Source of the DNA: an uncultured Verrucomicrobiae bacterium | GTDB taxonomy: Bacteria; Verrucomicrobiota; Verrucomicrobiia; Chthoniobacterales; JAFAMB01 | Assembly: GCA_963813025.1 (NCBI GenBank) | Contig: CAWEXO010000013.1 | Coordinates: 64,001-128,000 of the forward strand | Direction of reading: 5' to 3' | DNA: 64,000 bases | Shown: one piece after another, positions 1 through 10,034 of the stretch | How the letters are laid out: the number at the start of each line of letters is the position of its first letter | Numbering within the stretch: position 1 is the stretch's first letter | Notes under the pieces: model-generated | Seen by the model: the letters and a program-made list of their open reading frames with translations, nothing else | Told to the model about the DNA's origin: nothing | Databases searched by the model: none | Position numbers and translations under genes: made by a program

Positions 1-861
1 CCCGGAGGGCACGGCGAGCGCTCGGTTGCAGTTGGTACGATTGACATGGCCATCTGGGATGCGGTAGCGAAGATTGAAGATAAGCCGTTGTTCCAACTGC
101 TGGCCGAGCGCTACGGGACCGGAACACCCAATCGGAGAGTGTTCGTATACGCCGCCGGCGGATATTATCATCCTGGCAAGGATTTGAGCGCCCTCAGAGC
201 GGAGATGCGTGGTTATCTCGATCGTGGCTACACGGTCGTCAAAATGAAGATTGGCGGCGCGTCACTGGATCAGGATCGGCGCCGGATCGAGGCAGTATTG
301 TCCGAGTTGGGACCGGGTCAGCGAGTTGCAGTAGATGCTAATGGACGCTTTGATCAAGAGACTGCTTTGGATTACGCCTCAGCCTTTTCTGATTACGATC
401 TCTTTTGGTACGAAGAACCAGGTGACCCGCTTGATTATCAGCTGCAAGCCGAATTGGGGAAGTACTATGACGGTAGTATGGCAACCGGCGAGAATCTCTT
501 TTCGATTCAGGACGCGCGGAATCTCATTCGATACGGCGGACTCCGACCTGATCGCGATTATCTCCAATTCGATTGCGCCCTCAGCTATGGTCTCGTCGAA
601 TACTTGCGCATACTGGGCATGTTGACCGAACACGGTTGGTCGTGGCGCCGCTGTATCCCCCATGGCGGGCATCAAATGTCACTGAATATCGCAGCCGGCC
701 TGGGCTTGGGTGGCAATGAGTCTTATCCCGATCTGTTCCAACCATACGGCGGTTTTCCTGATGGTGCAGTCGTGGAGGACGGACATGTCACAATGCCCGA
801 TCTGCCGGGTGTGGGCTTCGAGGGAAAATCGGATCTCTATAAAGAGTTGAATTCTCTGTAG
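1..861 (+). CDS. Mandelate racemase/muconate lactonizing enzyme family protein, D-tartrate dehydratase (TarD)-like; 5' truncated by window edge
   Basis: Frame open from base 1 (PGGHGERSVAVGTIDMAIWD); KMKIGG, DANG, EEP, TGEN and PHGGHQ motifs of the enolase superfamily. Confidence 0.85.
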   Translation, partial: PGGHGERSVAVGTIDMAIWDAVAKIEDKPLFQLLAERYGTGTPNRRVFVYAAGGYYHPGKDLSALRAEMRGYLDRGYTVVKMKIGGASLDQDRRRIEAVLSELGPGQRVAVDANGRFDQETALDYASAFSDYDLFWYEEPGDPLDYQLQAELGKYYDGSMATGENLFSIQDARNLIRYGGLRPDRDYLQFDCALSYGLVEYLRILGMLTEHGWSWRRCIPHGGHQMSLNIAAGLGLGGNESYPDLFQPYGGFPDGAVVEDGHVTMPDLPGVGFEGKSDLYKELNSL

Positions 862-983
862 TTGAATGCGGCAAGATGCCGAAAGTTGGTCTTGTCGGGC
901 AGGAAAACAAATCTCCGATCTCGACCTCAGTTAAGTGGGCGAGGAATTGTTGTCGTGGGACTCTCACGCGGCGGCGCCCAGAC

Positions 984-2087
984 TCAGGTTTTCTCGGCGA
1001 TGATGGCGATGAGCCCTCCGCCATCGGGGCCCTGGTGCTCTGCGCCGCCGGACACAAACAACGCTGTCTCATTGAGTACAGCGGCGACAATTGCGCCCAC
1101 TGCGCCGCGAATGTGCCGCTGCTGGTCGATATCCCCGTCATTCAGCATTGTGTGAGGTCGCCCGCGGATGAATCCGTCACGTTGCGCTTCGCACTTGACG
1201 AAGGCGGCCCGAATGCGGCGCGCCTGCGCCGCCGGAACCTGCGGTTGTGGCGAAAGGTTCAACCCACTCGCAAGAGCGGTTACACTGCTGATATCAAGGG
1301 CGTCGCTGACAATCCTGTGCGCGATCGTCAAAGGCCCTGACCAGGTCCTGCTGAGACCCGCAATAATGATTTCGTTTACGCGTACCTCGATTCCGGCAGA
1401 AACGCTCGCAACCGACGAGTAGGCATTGAAATCGTGCAGTACTGCGGTCTCCGACGCCTGTTTTGCGGTGATCTCTCCCAAAGCCTTTGCAACACCGAGT
1501 GCGGAAGCGGCTCGCCCGAACCCCATTAGCTTGCCCGGATTATCGGTCGCACAGTTCAGACCGCCGTTGCCCGCCTTGAGCATGTCCTCGAGGGTGAAGG
1601 CAGGCCCCTTAACCTGGACGAAATGCACGTCATCAGGACTCTCGATGCCCCCGCTCGCCATGGCCTGCCTGACGGCGTCAGCCGTCACATCGATCTGGCG
1701 CTGCCGACCGATGTCTGAAGGAGAGAGCTCCGGCGTGAACGCGACACCGATGGCGAGCGACTTCTCTTCGTCCCTCGCCGTTGGGGCCGCGTCGACCGCG
1801 AACACGGTGTAGTGCGGTGACAACACTCCCTCGACGCCGCCGGAGAAGACGAAGGGAACGCGCCTTCTTACGCTTTCCGCCGGGACGCCCATTCGATCAC
1901 CGATAAGCTGCGACAGACAGAGTGTCAGGTACCCGCGAGTGTAATCGTTAACCAGTCCGTTCCCGTGCGTCTTGCCGATGACCGCAACGATCTTTCCCGG
2001 ATCGATAATGCCCTTGTCAATGGCCGCGCTGAGACCCGACACATCGCTCGGATCTTTCAGGCTGAACCTGTGAACGTCTGCGCGCAT
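984..2087 (-). CDS. Ring-opening amidohydrolase (AtzD/barbiturase family), paralog 1
   Basis: GKTHGNG, FSGGVEG, VQVKGP, SVSAG and SGGAEHQGPDGGG motifs. Confidence 0.9.
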   Translation of the reverse strand: MRADVHRFSLKDPSDVSGLSAAIDKGIIDPGKIVAVIGKTHGNGLVNDYTRGYLTLCLSQLIGDRMGVPAESVRRRVPFVFSGGVEGVLSPHYTVFAVDAAPTARDEEKSLAIGVAFTPELSPSDIGRQRQIDVTADAVRQAMASGGIESPDDVHFVQVKGPAFTLEDMLKAGNGGLNCATDNPGKLMGFGRAASALGVAKALGEITAKQASETAVLHDFNAYSSVASVSAGIEVRVNEIIIAGLSRTWSGPLTIAHRIVSDALDISSVTALASGLNLSPQPQVPAAQARRIRAAFVKCEAQRDGFIRGRPHTMLNDGDIDQQRHIRGAVGAIVAAVLNETALFVSGGAEHQGPDGGGLIAIIAEKT

Positions 2088-2419
2088 CGCTACTTTGTCT
2101 TAGAACGTCCGGCGAACTCTCGTTACGCTCAGACTATCGCTTCACACCCGGAGGTCAATCGTGCGTCTCCTCCTCACTTTGAACAATTGCTAGACGGAGT
2201 ATGCGTCTCGGGCGGTGCAAAGCCGGCCCGGAGCAGCAATCCTTGATTCGCCAGCGCTATTGCCCGAGAAAACCAGCGATCAAGATGAAATGGGCCGGAT
2301 GCTCAGCTCGATTGGGATTGTCGACAAACCAAGTGCACTATGTTAGCAAGCCCTGTACTAGGCTCGTGCCGCTGTCCCGCCCGCGCATCGTTTTCAATTA
2401 GCCACCATCCAGAATAATT

Positions 2420-3160
2420 ATGCGTGAAAAGCTAGCACGAACGACGAAATCAGCCGAGGCGCTGCCTCAAATCATTACGTTTCCCGGTAGCGAGGAGGAG
2501 CTAAACGAGCCGGATTCCTCTTCGTTAAATAGTCCGCCGCTGCACCACGCGGTGGTTGCTATTCTTCGAGACTTGATCGTTCACAATGAGCTGCCGCCGG
2601 GCAGGCGATTGAATGAGCGGGTTCTATGTGAGCGCCTGAAAGTATCTCGGACACCATTACGAGAAGCCCTGAAACTGCTTTCACACGAAGGGCTGGTTGA
2701 GCTTTTACCGAACCGTGGATCGCGCGTCGTTCAGATGACACGCGAGGACATTAAGCACCTGTTTGAAGTAATTGGTGCCTTGGAATCCTTAGCTGGCCGG
2801 CTTGCGTGCCAGTACATTACGGACGCGGAAGTCTGCGATATCAAGGCCATTCATTACCAAATGCAGGCGAAGTTTATCCGGCATGATCTCCCGGGTTATT
2901 TCCGAGACAACCAGACCATTCATCGACGGATCGTCGCTGCAGCCCGCAATCCGATACTGGCGGCAACCCACGACAACCTGAACACTCGGCTATTGCGTGC
3001 ACGCTACCTCGCGAGTCAGACCAACCACGACCGTTGGGCGGCGGCGATGGGAGAACATGAGCTGATTATCGATGCGCTGGCACGGCGCAATGCGGAAGAG
3101 ACGGCCGAACTCTTACTCCGGCACCTGCAACACAAGTACGAATCGCTTTGCAGCATTTGA
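2420..3160 (+). CDS. GntR family (FCD domain) transcriptional regulator
   Basis: wHTH motif LNERVLCERLKVSRTPLREAL followed by an FCD-like C-terminus. Confidence 0.9.
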   Translation: MREKLARTTKSAEALPQIITFPGSEEELNEPDSSSLNSPPLHHAVVAILRDLIVHNELPPGRRLNERVLCERLKVSRTPLREALKLLSHEGLVELLPNRGSRVVQMTREDIKHLFEVIGALESLAGRLACQYITDAEVCDIKAIHYQMQAKFIRHDLPGYFRDNQTIHRRIVAAARNPILAATHDNLNTRLLRARYLASQTNHDRWAAAMGEHELIIDALARRNAEETAELLLRHLQHKYESLCSI

Positions 3161-3236
3161 AGCGGGTTGGCAGGTTTGTCGCCAAGGCCGTTCGAATCGC
3201 AGGTCGGAGGAATCGCTAGCCCGGTGGAGAGCCATC

Positions 3237-3334
3237 TGCATGCAATCGGGGACACGCTGTAATCAAAGGAAAGTCCCTTACTTACAATGGGTTACAAACA
3301 TTGTAAAAATGTGCTTGCCAGTTTTGCATGCAAA
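3237..3334 (+). promoter_or_regulatory. Candidate operator palindromes upstream of the aminotransferase
   Basis: TGCATGCA at 3237-3244; TTACAATG-N9-CATTGTAA at 3282-3306; perfect TTTGCATGCAAA at 3323-3334 beside a TTGCCA hexamer (3315-3320). Assignment to the adjacent GntR is inference. Confidence 0.45.
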
Positions 3335-3411
3335 TGTCGAAATTTGAGCTGATTCGGCCCGAAGTATCTCTCCTGCTTCGCTCCGATTGATCAGGGTGCT
3401 TTGCCCTCCCG

Positions 3412-4732
3412 ATGGAAAAAGAATTCCCAGCGAGCCCGTCTGCCGCCCCGCGCAGAGCCGGAAAGCAATTTTTACAAATACCAGGGCCAACCAACGTCCC
3501 CGATCGCATCCTCCGCGCGATCGATTGTCCGACGATCGATCATCGAAGCCGGGAGTTCGCCGATCTTGGCCCGCACCTGTCTAGAAGGCCTGAAGGCAGT
3601 CTTTCAGATGACCGATGGGCACGTTTTTATTTACCCGGCGAGCGGGACAGGCGCTTGGGAAGCGGCCATCGTCAACACCTTGTCAGCCGGCGACCGTGTG
3701 CTGTTGTTTGAGACAGGCCAGTTCGCGACGCTTTGGAGAAAGCTCGCCGAACGGCTTGGACTGATCGTCGACTTTATCCCTGGCGATTGGCGTCATGGGG
3801 TCGATCCTGCAGCGATCGAAACCAAACTGCGATCTGATTCGTCTCACGAGATCAAGGCAGTCCTCTGCGTCCACAACGAGACCTCCACGGGAGTCACCAG
3901 CCGGATTGCCGAGGTGCGTCACGCGATGGACCAAGCCCAACACCCGAGTTTGCTTATGGTGGATATGGTCTCCTCTCTAGCGAGCATTGATTGCCGGAGC
4001 GAGGAGTGGGGAGTCGACGTGGCGATCGCGGGCTCACAGAAGGGTCTCATGCTGCCGCCTGGACTTGGCTTCAATGCGGCAAGCGAGAAAGCGCTGGCGG
4101 CGGCTAAGCACGCCTGCCTGCCCCGCGCCTTTTGGTCTTGGGAAGACATGCTCCAGCCAAATCTAGATGGCTTTTTTCCTTACACGCCGAATACGAATCT
4201 GCTTTACGGACTGCGCGAAGCGATAGCGATGCTCCACGAGGAGGGTTTGGACAACGTATTCCGTCGTCATGCGCGCCATGCCGAAGCCGGTCGACGCGCC
4301 GTGCAGCAGTGGGGACTTGAGATAGTCTGCCTTGATCCGCGGGAATACAGTAACACGCTGACGGCGATACTGATGCCTGAAGGATCCGTCGAATCGGACT
4401 TTCGGCGGGAGGTACTGGAAAGTTTCAATCTCTCGTTGGGCGCGGGCCTTGGCAAATTCAGTGGCAGGGCATTCCGGATCGGACATCTTGGCGATTTCAA
4501 CGATCTGATGCTCTGCGCCACCCTATGCGGCATTGAAATGGGACTCAAGAAACTGGGCATTCCGCACCACCCCGGTGGCGTTACCGCGGCAATGGAACAC
4601 TTAAGCCGTGACCAAGGCCAGGGGCTAAAACCGAAAGCTATCCCCTCTGTTACGCAGACCGCAGAAACCGCCAGCTTGAGTTCGGCAGGCGATAGGCTGG
4701 AACACAATCTCAACCAGACGCGCGTAAGCTAG
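3412..4732 (+). CDS. Class V PLP aminotransferase (serine-glyoxylate aminotransferase-like), one frameshift near 3570
   Basis: N-terminal FLQIPGPTNVPDR is in the 3412 frame; SGTGAWE, HNETSTG, GSQKGLM and FRIGHLG are in the 3401 frame. Confidence 0.85.
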
Positions 4733-4775
4733 TTCGTAATTTTCACGCCACTATCCGTCCAAAGTCATCAACGTC

Positions 4776-5999
4776 TGAGATCCTGGCGATCGCGGGCGTT
4801 GATGGCAACGGACAAGAAGAGCTTGTCGACGTCATCGCAGGCGTCAGGGCCGCTACGCGAGGGCGCATTGCGCTGGCTGGTCGGGATGTCACGACCGAGA
4901 ATGTGAAAACTCGGCTGGCCCGCGGAACGGCTTATATCCCAGTCGATCGCGCCACAACAAGCCTGGTCCCAGGCATGTCAGTTCAAGACAACCTGGGATT
5001 GCGCGACTTCGATCGGGCACCTCTTCGTCGCGGGTTGTGGCTTAGCCGCAAGGCCTTTCGAGAACAGGCGCTGACTCGAATCGCCGACTTCGGTATTAAC
5101 TGTGCCGGACCGGACGCTGTAGTTCGAACGCTCTCTGGTGGAAATCAACAGAAGCTAGTGATTGCTCGCGAGGTCAGCCGAAAACCGGGATTGCTGTTAG
5201 CGTTTCAACCGACCTGGAGTCTCGATCCAGGCGCCACCCGCTTTGTCATAGATCAAATACTTACCATTCGGTCGACCGGCGGAGCGGTGCTTTACTTATC
5301 GGCAGAGCTCGAGGAAGTGTTAATGCTCGGCGATCGGATTGGTGTACTTCACAGGGGCCGGCTGGTCAGCGAAGCTTTGCACGGATCTTTAGGGGAAGTG
5401 GGTGCAGGATTCCCACAATCGCCTCAGTTCGTCGAGACGGCCTGGTTGCCAAATCTTCTTCCAGGAACTGACCTGCACATGGGAATCCTGCTCGCACTGG
5501 CGGCAGTTACCATCTGTCATGGTGTTCTTTGGCATACCCCATTTGGCTTTCAGCTCCGGTTGTTCTGGTGAAGACCCGGGCCGGTTTGACGTTGCGTGCG
5601 GTTGGCGAAAATCCGGAAGCAGCTTTTGCCGTTGGAGCCAATCCGATCAAAATTCGAATGGCCGCCATTATCGCAGGGGGCGGGCTTGCTGGTCTAGGAG
5701 GTGCGGTGTTGTCCTTGCAAGAGCTTGGAACCTTTACTGATGGTATGACGAACGGCCGCGGCTTTATCGCCTTGGCTGCGATCATCGTGGCGCGATGGAG
5801 ACCGCTTCGGGCGATCTTTAGCTGTTTGCTGTTCGGAGCCGCCGCAGCGCTAGCCCTGAATATCCAAGGATGGGGGTTACCGGTTAGTTCCTACGTGATT
5901 CAAATGACGCCATATTTGATCGCACTTGCAGTTTTGTGCGGTATCGGCCGGGAAGCGAGAATGCCGGCGGCCATCGGACAATCGTTTTCGCCAAAATAG
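4776..5999 (+). pseudogene. Internally deleted nucleoside/sugar-type ABC transporter remnant (ATPase C-half plus pieces of two permeases)
   Basis: EILAIAGVDGNGQEEL and LSGGNQQK ATPase motifs run into permease text (FPQS...TPFGFQLR), then a second permease C-terminus (LRAVGENPEAA, GRGFIALA). Confidence 0.75.
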
Positions 6000-6072
6000 T
6001 AAGAGAGCCCGAGTGATCTTCGAGTCTGCATGGTGACAGCAAGAGCAATAGCCGGAGAAAGAACGAGAATCT

Positions 6073-7170
6073 ATGAAAATCAGTGTTTACAAAGTGGCGA
6101 TGAACGCCCCAAATGACGTCTCGGAATTAGCGAGACTAATTGATTCAAAGGAAATCCGTCCAGACGAGATCGTCGCTTTGATCGGTAAAACTGAGGGTAA
6201 CGGCGGAGCCAATGATTTCACGCGCGGCTTTGCGACATTGTCCTACCAACTGTTGCTCGCAAGCCGGTTAGGAATCTCGCCAGAAGAAGTTGGGAAACGA
6301 ATCGCGTTTGTTTGGTCCGGTGGAACGGAGGGTGTACTCTCGCCTCATGCTACCGTATTTACCCGGTCCGCCGGTTTGACCTCGACAGATGGGCCGATGC
6401 TGGCATTGGGAATTGAAGCGACTCGTGACATCCTCCCGGAAGAAGTTGGGACCATGACTCAGGTTCATGAAGTTGCGGCTGCGGTACGCCGATGCCTTGA
6501 ACAGGCGGAAATCACCGATCCGGCCGAGGTTCACTATGTTCAAGTCAAAGGACCGTTGCTCACTCCGGCGAGTATCGCCGATGCCGATCGGCGCGGGAAA
6601 ACCTTGATCACCCGTGATCCAAATGGATCAAAACCGTTCGCACGTGGAGCGACGGCGTTAGGCGTCGCACTTGGTCTAGGCGAGGTGAAGGAGACCGATC
6701 TCTCGAACGAGGTCATTTCCCGACGTTTGGATTTTTATTCCTCTGTAGCGTCGACGTCCGCCGGAGGAGAACTTAAAAACTGCGAGATCTTGCTCTTCGG
6801 TAATTCCGCCAATTCAAACAGCGATTTTCGGATCGGCCACGCGATCCTACAGGACGTCATCGATGCGGATGGCGTCCGCGCTGCACTGCGTAACGCGGGC
6901 TTGCAATTCAACGTGAACCCATCGCGAGACGAAGCGGCGCGAATTGCCGCAGTTTTTGCGAAGGGCGATGTGAGTCCGAACGGGCTGATTAGGGGACGGC
7001 GAACGACGATGCTTTCAGACGCCGACATCCACTACGAACGGCATGCTCGAGCTGCCGTGGGCGCCGTGATTGCTTCGGTCACCTTTGATCCTGCTATCTT
7101 TGTGTCAGGGGGCACCGAGCATCAATGTGGTCCTGGCGCTGCGCCAATCGCCGCGATCGTTCGCGCCTGA
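6073..7170 (+). CDS. Ring-opening amidohydrolase (AtzD/barbiturase family), paralog 2
   Basis: GKTEGNG, WSGGTEG, VQVKGP, STSAG and SGGTEHQ motifs. Confidence 0.9.
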   Translation: MKISVYKVAMNAPNDVSELARLIDSKEIRPDEIVALIGKTEGNGGANDFTRGFATLSYQLLLASRLGISPEEVGKRIAFVWSGGTEGVLSPHATVFTRSAGLTSTDGPMLALGIEATRDILPEEVGTMTQVHEVAAAVRRCLEQAEITDPAEVHYVQVKGPLLTPASIADADRRGKTLITRDPNGSKPFARGATALGVALGLGEVKETDLSNEVISRRLDFYSSVASTSAGGELKNCEILLFGNSANSNSDFRIGHAILQDVIDADGVRAALRNAGLQFNVNPSRDEAARIAAVFAKGDVSPNGLIRGRRTTMLSDADIHYERHARAAVGAVIASVTFDPAIFVSGGTEHQCGPGAAPIAAIVRA

Positions 7171-7204
7171 CGTCACGCTTGCGCGATTCCCTCGGAGATC
7201 AGTG

Positions 7205-8608
7205 ATGCCTATTGATATTTGGCGACAATCAGGTTTCGAATTAGTCTCTGGCTATCAGGCCGGGCAGTGTTCGCCGGTTGAGGTCGTCGAAGCAGTGCTC
7301 GCGCGGATTGAAAAAATCAATCCGTTGATTAACGCTATAACTACCTTGGACGTGGAAGGCGCTCTGACGGCAGCGCGTGCCAGCGAACGTCGATGGCATA
7401 ACGGCACGGCGCTTGGGCCACTCGACGGGGTGCCAATTACCGTAAAAGACAATATCCTGGTCAAAGATTTGCGGGCAACCTGGGGCAGCCGCGTATACGA
7501 AACTTTCACTCCCATGGTGGACGAGTTGCCGATCGCTCGTCTGCGATCCGCCGGAACGGTGATTCTCGGAAAAACAAATTGCCCAGAATTCACCCTGCAA
7601 GGGTACACGGATAACCTGTTGTTCGGGCCGACACGCAATCCATGGAATCTGGAGCTGACCCCTGGTGGTTCGAGCGGCGGCGGTGTCTCGGCGGTTAGCG
7701 CTGGCCTGGGGCCAGTGGCGATAGGTACTGACGGCGGCGGTTCGATCCGACGGCCGGCATCTCACACCGGACTAGTCGGATTGAAACCGTCACGTGGTCG
7801 TGTCCCGCGCTGCGATGGATTCCCGGCCATTCTTCTGGATTTCGAAGCTGTCGGTGTCATCGCGCGGACCGTTGTAGATGTTGTGTCGGTTATGCGTGCC
7901 ATTAGCGATTATGATCCACGAGATCCAGTGGCTAGTGACATCAGCCGCCACCCTTTTGAGGTTCCAGCGGCACCCCGCTGCCGGATCGCGTTTGTCCCGA
8001 AATTCGGTGAGTCTCCGGTGGACCCGGAAATAGTCCGTCAGGTTGAAAATGCGGCCAGAGCCTTGGAAGGCCTTGGTCACACACTGGAGAAGGGTGACGC
8101 TCCGTTTGACTTCGAGAGAGTGAGTGAGGCTTGGCCGGTTTTCAGCCAAGTTGGACTGGCTTGGCTGGTAAAACAGCATCCGGAGTGGAACGGAAAAATA
8201 AATAATACCCTTGACGAGATGGCAGTAGCCGGTGCTCGGCGCACGGCAACTGATTACTACGACGCCTTAGAAATCGTGAAAGAGCTTCGCAGCGATCTGG
8301 CCCTGTTTTTCGAATCATATGACGTGATCATGACACCTTCAGCCGCGGCCTTGCCCTGGCCAGCGAGCGAGGCGTTTCCGCCAATAATCGCGGGAGAACA
8401 GGTCGGGCCGCGCGGTCATGCCGTGTTTACCGCATTTGCCAACATGGCTGGGTGCCCTGGTATCAACCTGCCGGCGAATCCGGCCGAGAATGGATTGCCA
8501 ATCGGTTTTCAACTCGTCGGCGCTCCGGGTAAGGACGGCCTCCTTTGTGCCATCGGCGCGCAGTACGAATCTACCTATCCTTGGGTGGGCCGGTTCCCGA
8601 AAATTTAA
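7205..8608 (+). CDS. Amidase-signature family enzyme
   Basis: GVPITVKD, GGSSGG and GTDGGGSIRRPAS motifs; start placed at ATG 7205. Confidence 0.9.
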   Translation: MPIDIWRQSGFELVSGYQAGQCSPVEVVEAVLARIEKINPLINAITTLDVEGALTAARASERRWHNGTALGPLDGVPITVKDNILVKDLRATWGSRVYETFTPMVDELPIARLRSAGTVILGKTNCPEFTLQGYTDNLLFGPTRNPWNLELTPGGSSGGGVSAVSAGLGPVAIGTDGGGSIRRPASHTGLVGLKPSRGRVPRCDGFPAILLDFEAVGVIARTVVDVVSVMRAISDYDPRDPVASDISRHPFEVPAAPRCRIAFVPKFGESPVDPEIVRQVENAARALEGLGHTLEKGDAPFDFERVSEAWPVFSQVGLAWLVKQHPEWNGKINNTLDEMAVAGARRTATDYYDALEIVKELRSDLALFFESYDVIMTPSAAALPWPASEAFPPIIAGEQVGPRGHAVFTAFANMAGCPGINLPANPAENGLPIGFQLVGAPGKDGLLCAIGAQYESTYPWVGRFPKI

Positions 8609-8617
8609 GCAGAAAAG

Positions 8618-8963
8618 CTCACACGAAGACGCAAAGGCACAAAGAAACCAAGGTTCTAATTGGCTACTCGTCTGACCTTGTTCTGCTGGCGTCCTACCAC
8701 ACGGGGGATGGATAAAGAACTGGAACTCATTGCAAGCGATTCTGTCGAAAAGATACACAACGGACTTGGCCCCGGCTTGCTCGAAAGCGTTTATGAGGTT
8801 TTGTTAGCGATGGAACTTGAGCGGAGAGGGCATCGAATCGTCGGCAAGCCACAGTAGCAATCGTCTTTGACGGAATGTGCTAATGAACTGGCGCCGCTCT
8901 CCTGAAAAACGGCATTAAACTAGTAGCCAATTAGGCCTTTGTGTCTTCGTGTCTTTGTGTGAG
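8618..8963. repeat. Nested inverted repeats around the GxxExxY remnant
   Basis: Outer imperfect 27-bp pair 8618-8644/8937-8963 built of 9-nt units; inner perfect 13-bp pair CTAATTGGCTACT 8656-8668 / 8922-8934. Confidence 0.85.
8708..8934 (+). pseudogene. GxxExxY protein remnant
   Basis: IHNGLGPGLLESVYE motif and a C-terminal GAALLKNGIKLVAN-stop segment; the middle is missing or frameshifted. Confidence 0.75.
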
Positions 8964-8977
8964 ACTCTCTGCTGATT

Positions 8978-9829
8978 GTGTCAGGTCATGTGCTGGTCGT
9001 TGGTTGCGGTTATGTCGGTCTGCCGCTGGCCCGCTCGTTTGTCGAAGCCGGGTGGTCGACCGTCGGACTGACCGGCTCGAAGGCCTCGGCGGAGAAACTT
9101 GCCGCCGAGCCTTTCGCGGTTTTTCCGGTCGATATCTCTTCACCGAACGCGTTCGAAGGTCTTCCGGAACCGGTGTTCGACCTAGCCGTGTTGTGTGCGA
9201 GTTCAGGACGCCGTGGGCCGGCCGGTTATCGAGCAGTCTTTGTTGACGGCGTGTGCAACCTGCGAAAGTCGCTCCGGTTGGGGCACCTGGTCTTGACCAG
9301 TTCCACGTCAGTTTACGGCCAGGCGGAGGGTGATTGGGTGGATGAGAGTTCGCCAGCCGAACCCCTTAGTGAAACTAGTCAGATTTTGCGCGAGAGCGAA
9401 AACCTTGTTTTGGAACACGGCGATACCGTTGCGCGCTTAGCGGGAATCTACGGACCTGGCCGCTGCGTGCCTCTACGAAAACTGTTCCAAGGGAATGCGG
9501 TCCTGGAAGGCGAGGGCGAACGCGTAATGAATCAGATCCATCACAATGACGCGGTGAGCGCTTTGAGATTGTTGGCCGAGCGTGCGCCGGGCGGGGTTTT
9601 CAATGTGGCAGATAACGAACCCGTGACTCAGCGGGAGTGGTACAGGTGGGTCTGCGCGGAACTTGACCGGCCGCTGCCGCCGTTCGGTCCGCGCGACCTG
9701 AACCGCAAACGTGGTTGGACGAACAAGCGAGTCTCAAACCGTAAGCTGCGGTCCGCCGGATGGACGCCGCGCTTTCCGAGTTTCCGGGAGGGAGTCGGTT
9801 CCCTTTGCGAGAGAAAAACACGGGCCTGA
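8978..9829 (+). CDS. NAD-dependent epimerase/dehydratase (atypical SDR, YeeZ-like)
   Basis: VVGCGYVG Rossmann motif, SSTSVYG, RLAGIYGPGR. Confidence 0.85.
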   Translation: MSGHVLVVGCGYVGLPLARSFVEAGWSTVGLTGSKASAEKLAAEPFAVFPVDISSPNAFEGLPEPVFDLAVLCASSGRRGPAGYRAVFVDGVCNLRKSLRLGHLVLTSSTSVYGQAEGDWVDESSPAEPLSETSQILRESENLVLEHGDTVARLAGIYGPGRCVPLRKLFQGNAVLEGEGERVMNQIHHNDAVSALRLLAERAPGGVFNVADNEPVTQREWYRWVCAELDRPLPPFGPRDLNRKRGWTNKRVSNRKLRSAGWTPRFPSFREGVGSLCERKTRA

Positions 9830-10034
9830 TTGGAGTAGGATAAGCTTGCAGCTTGTGAGGTTGCAGGACCGGCAGGATGCCATCCGCGCTACCGGACAAG
9901 ATCTGCCGACCTGAGCGTTGTGGCCACGAAAAGGCGGACAGGTGATCTGTTATCTGATATCCTTTCTTGGCGATGTTCGTGGCCTTCTGCTAATAAATTG
10001 TTCAATCACAGGCTGAAGCCTGTGCCACTTTCGA

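Noticed and set aside
7205..8608. Calling this amidase atzE or gatA
   Set aside because: Only family motifs are visible; GatA-specific motifs are absent here and true gatA is at 41-42.5 kb.
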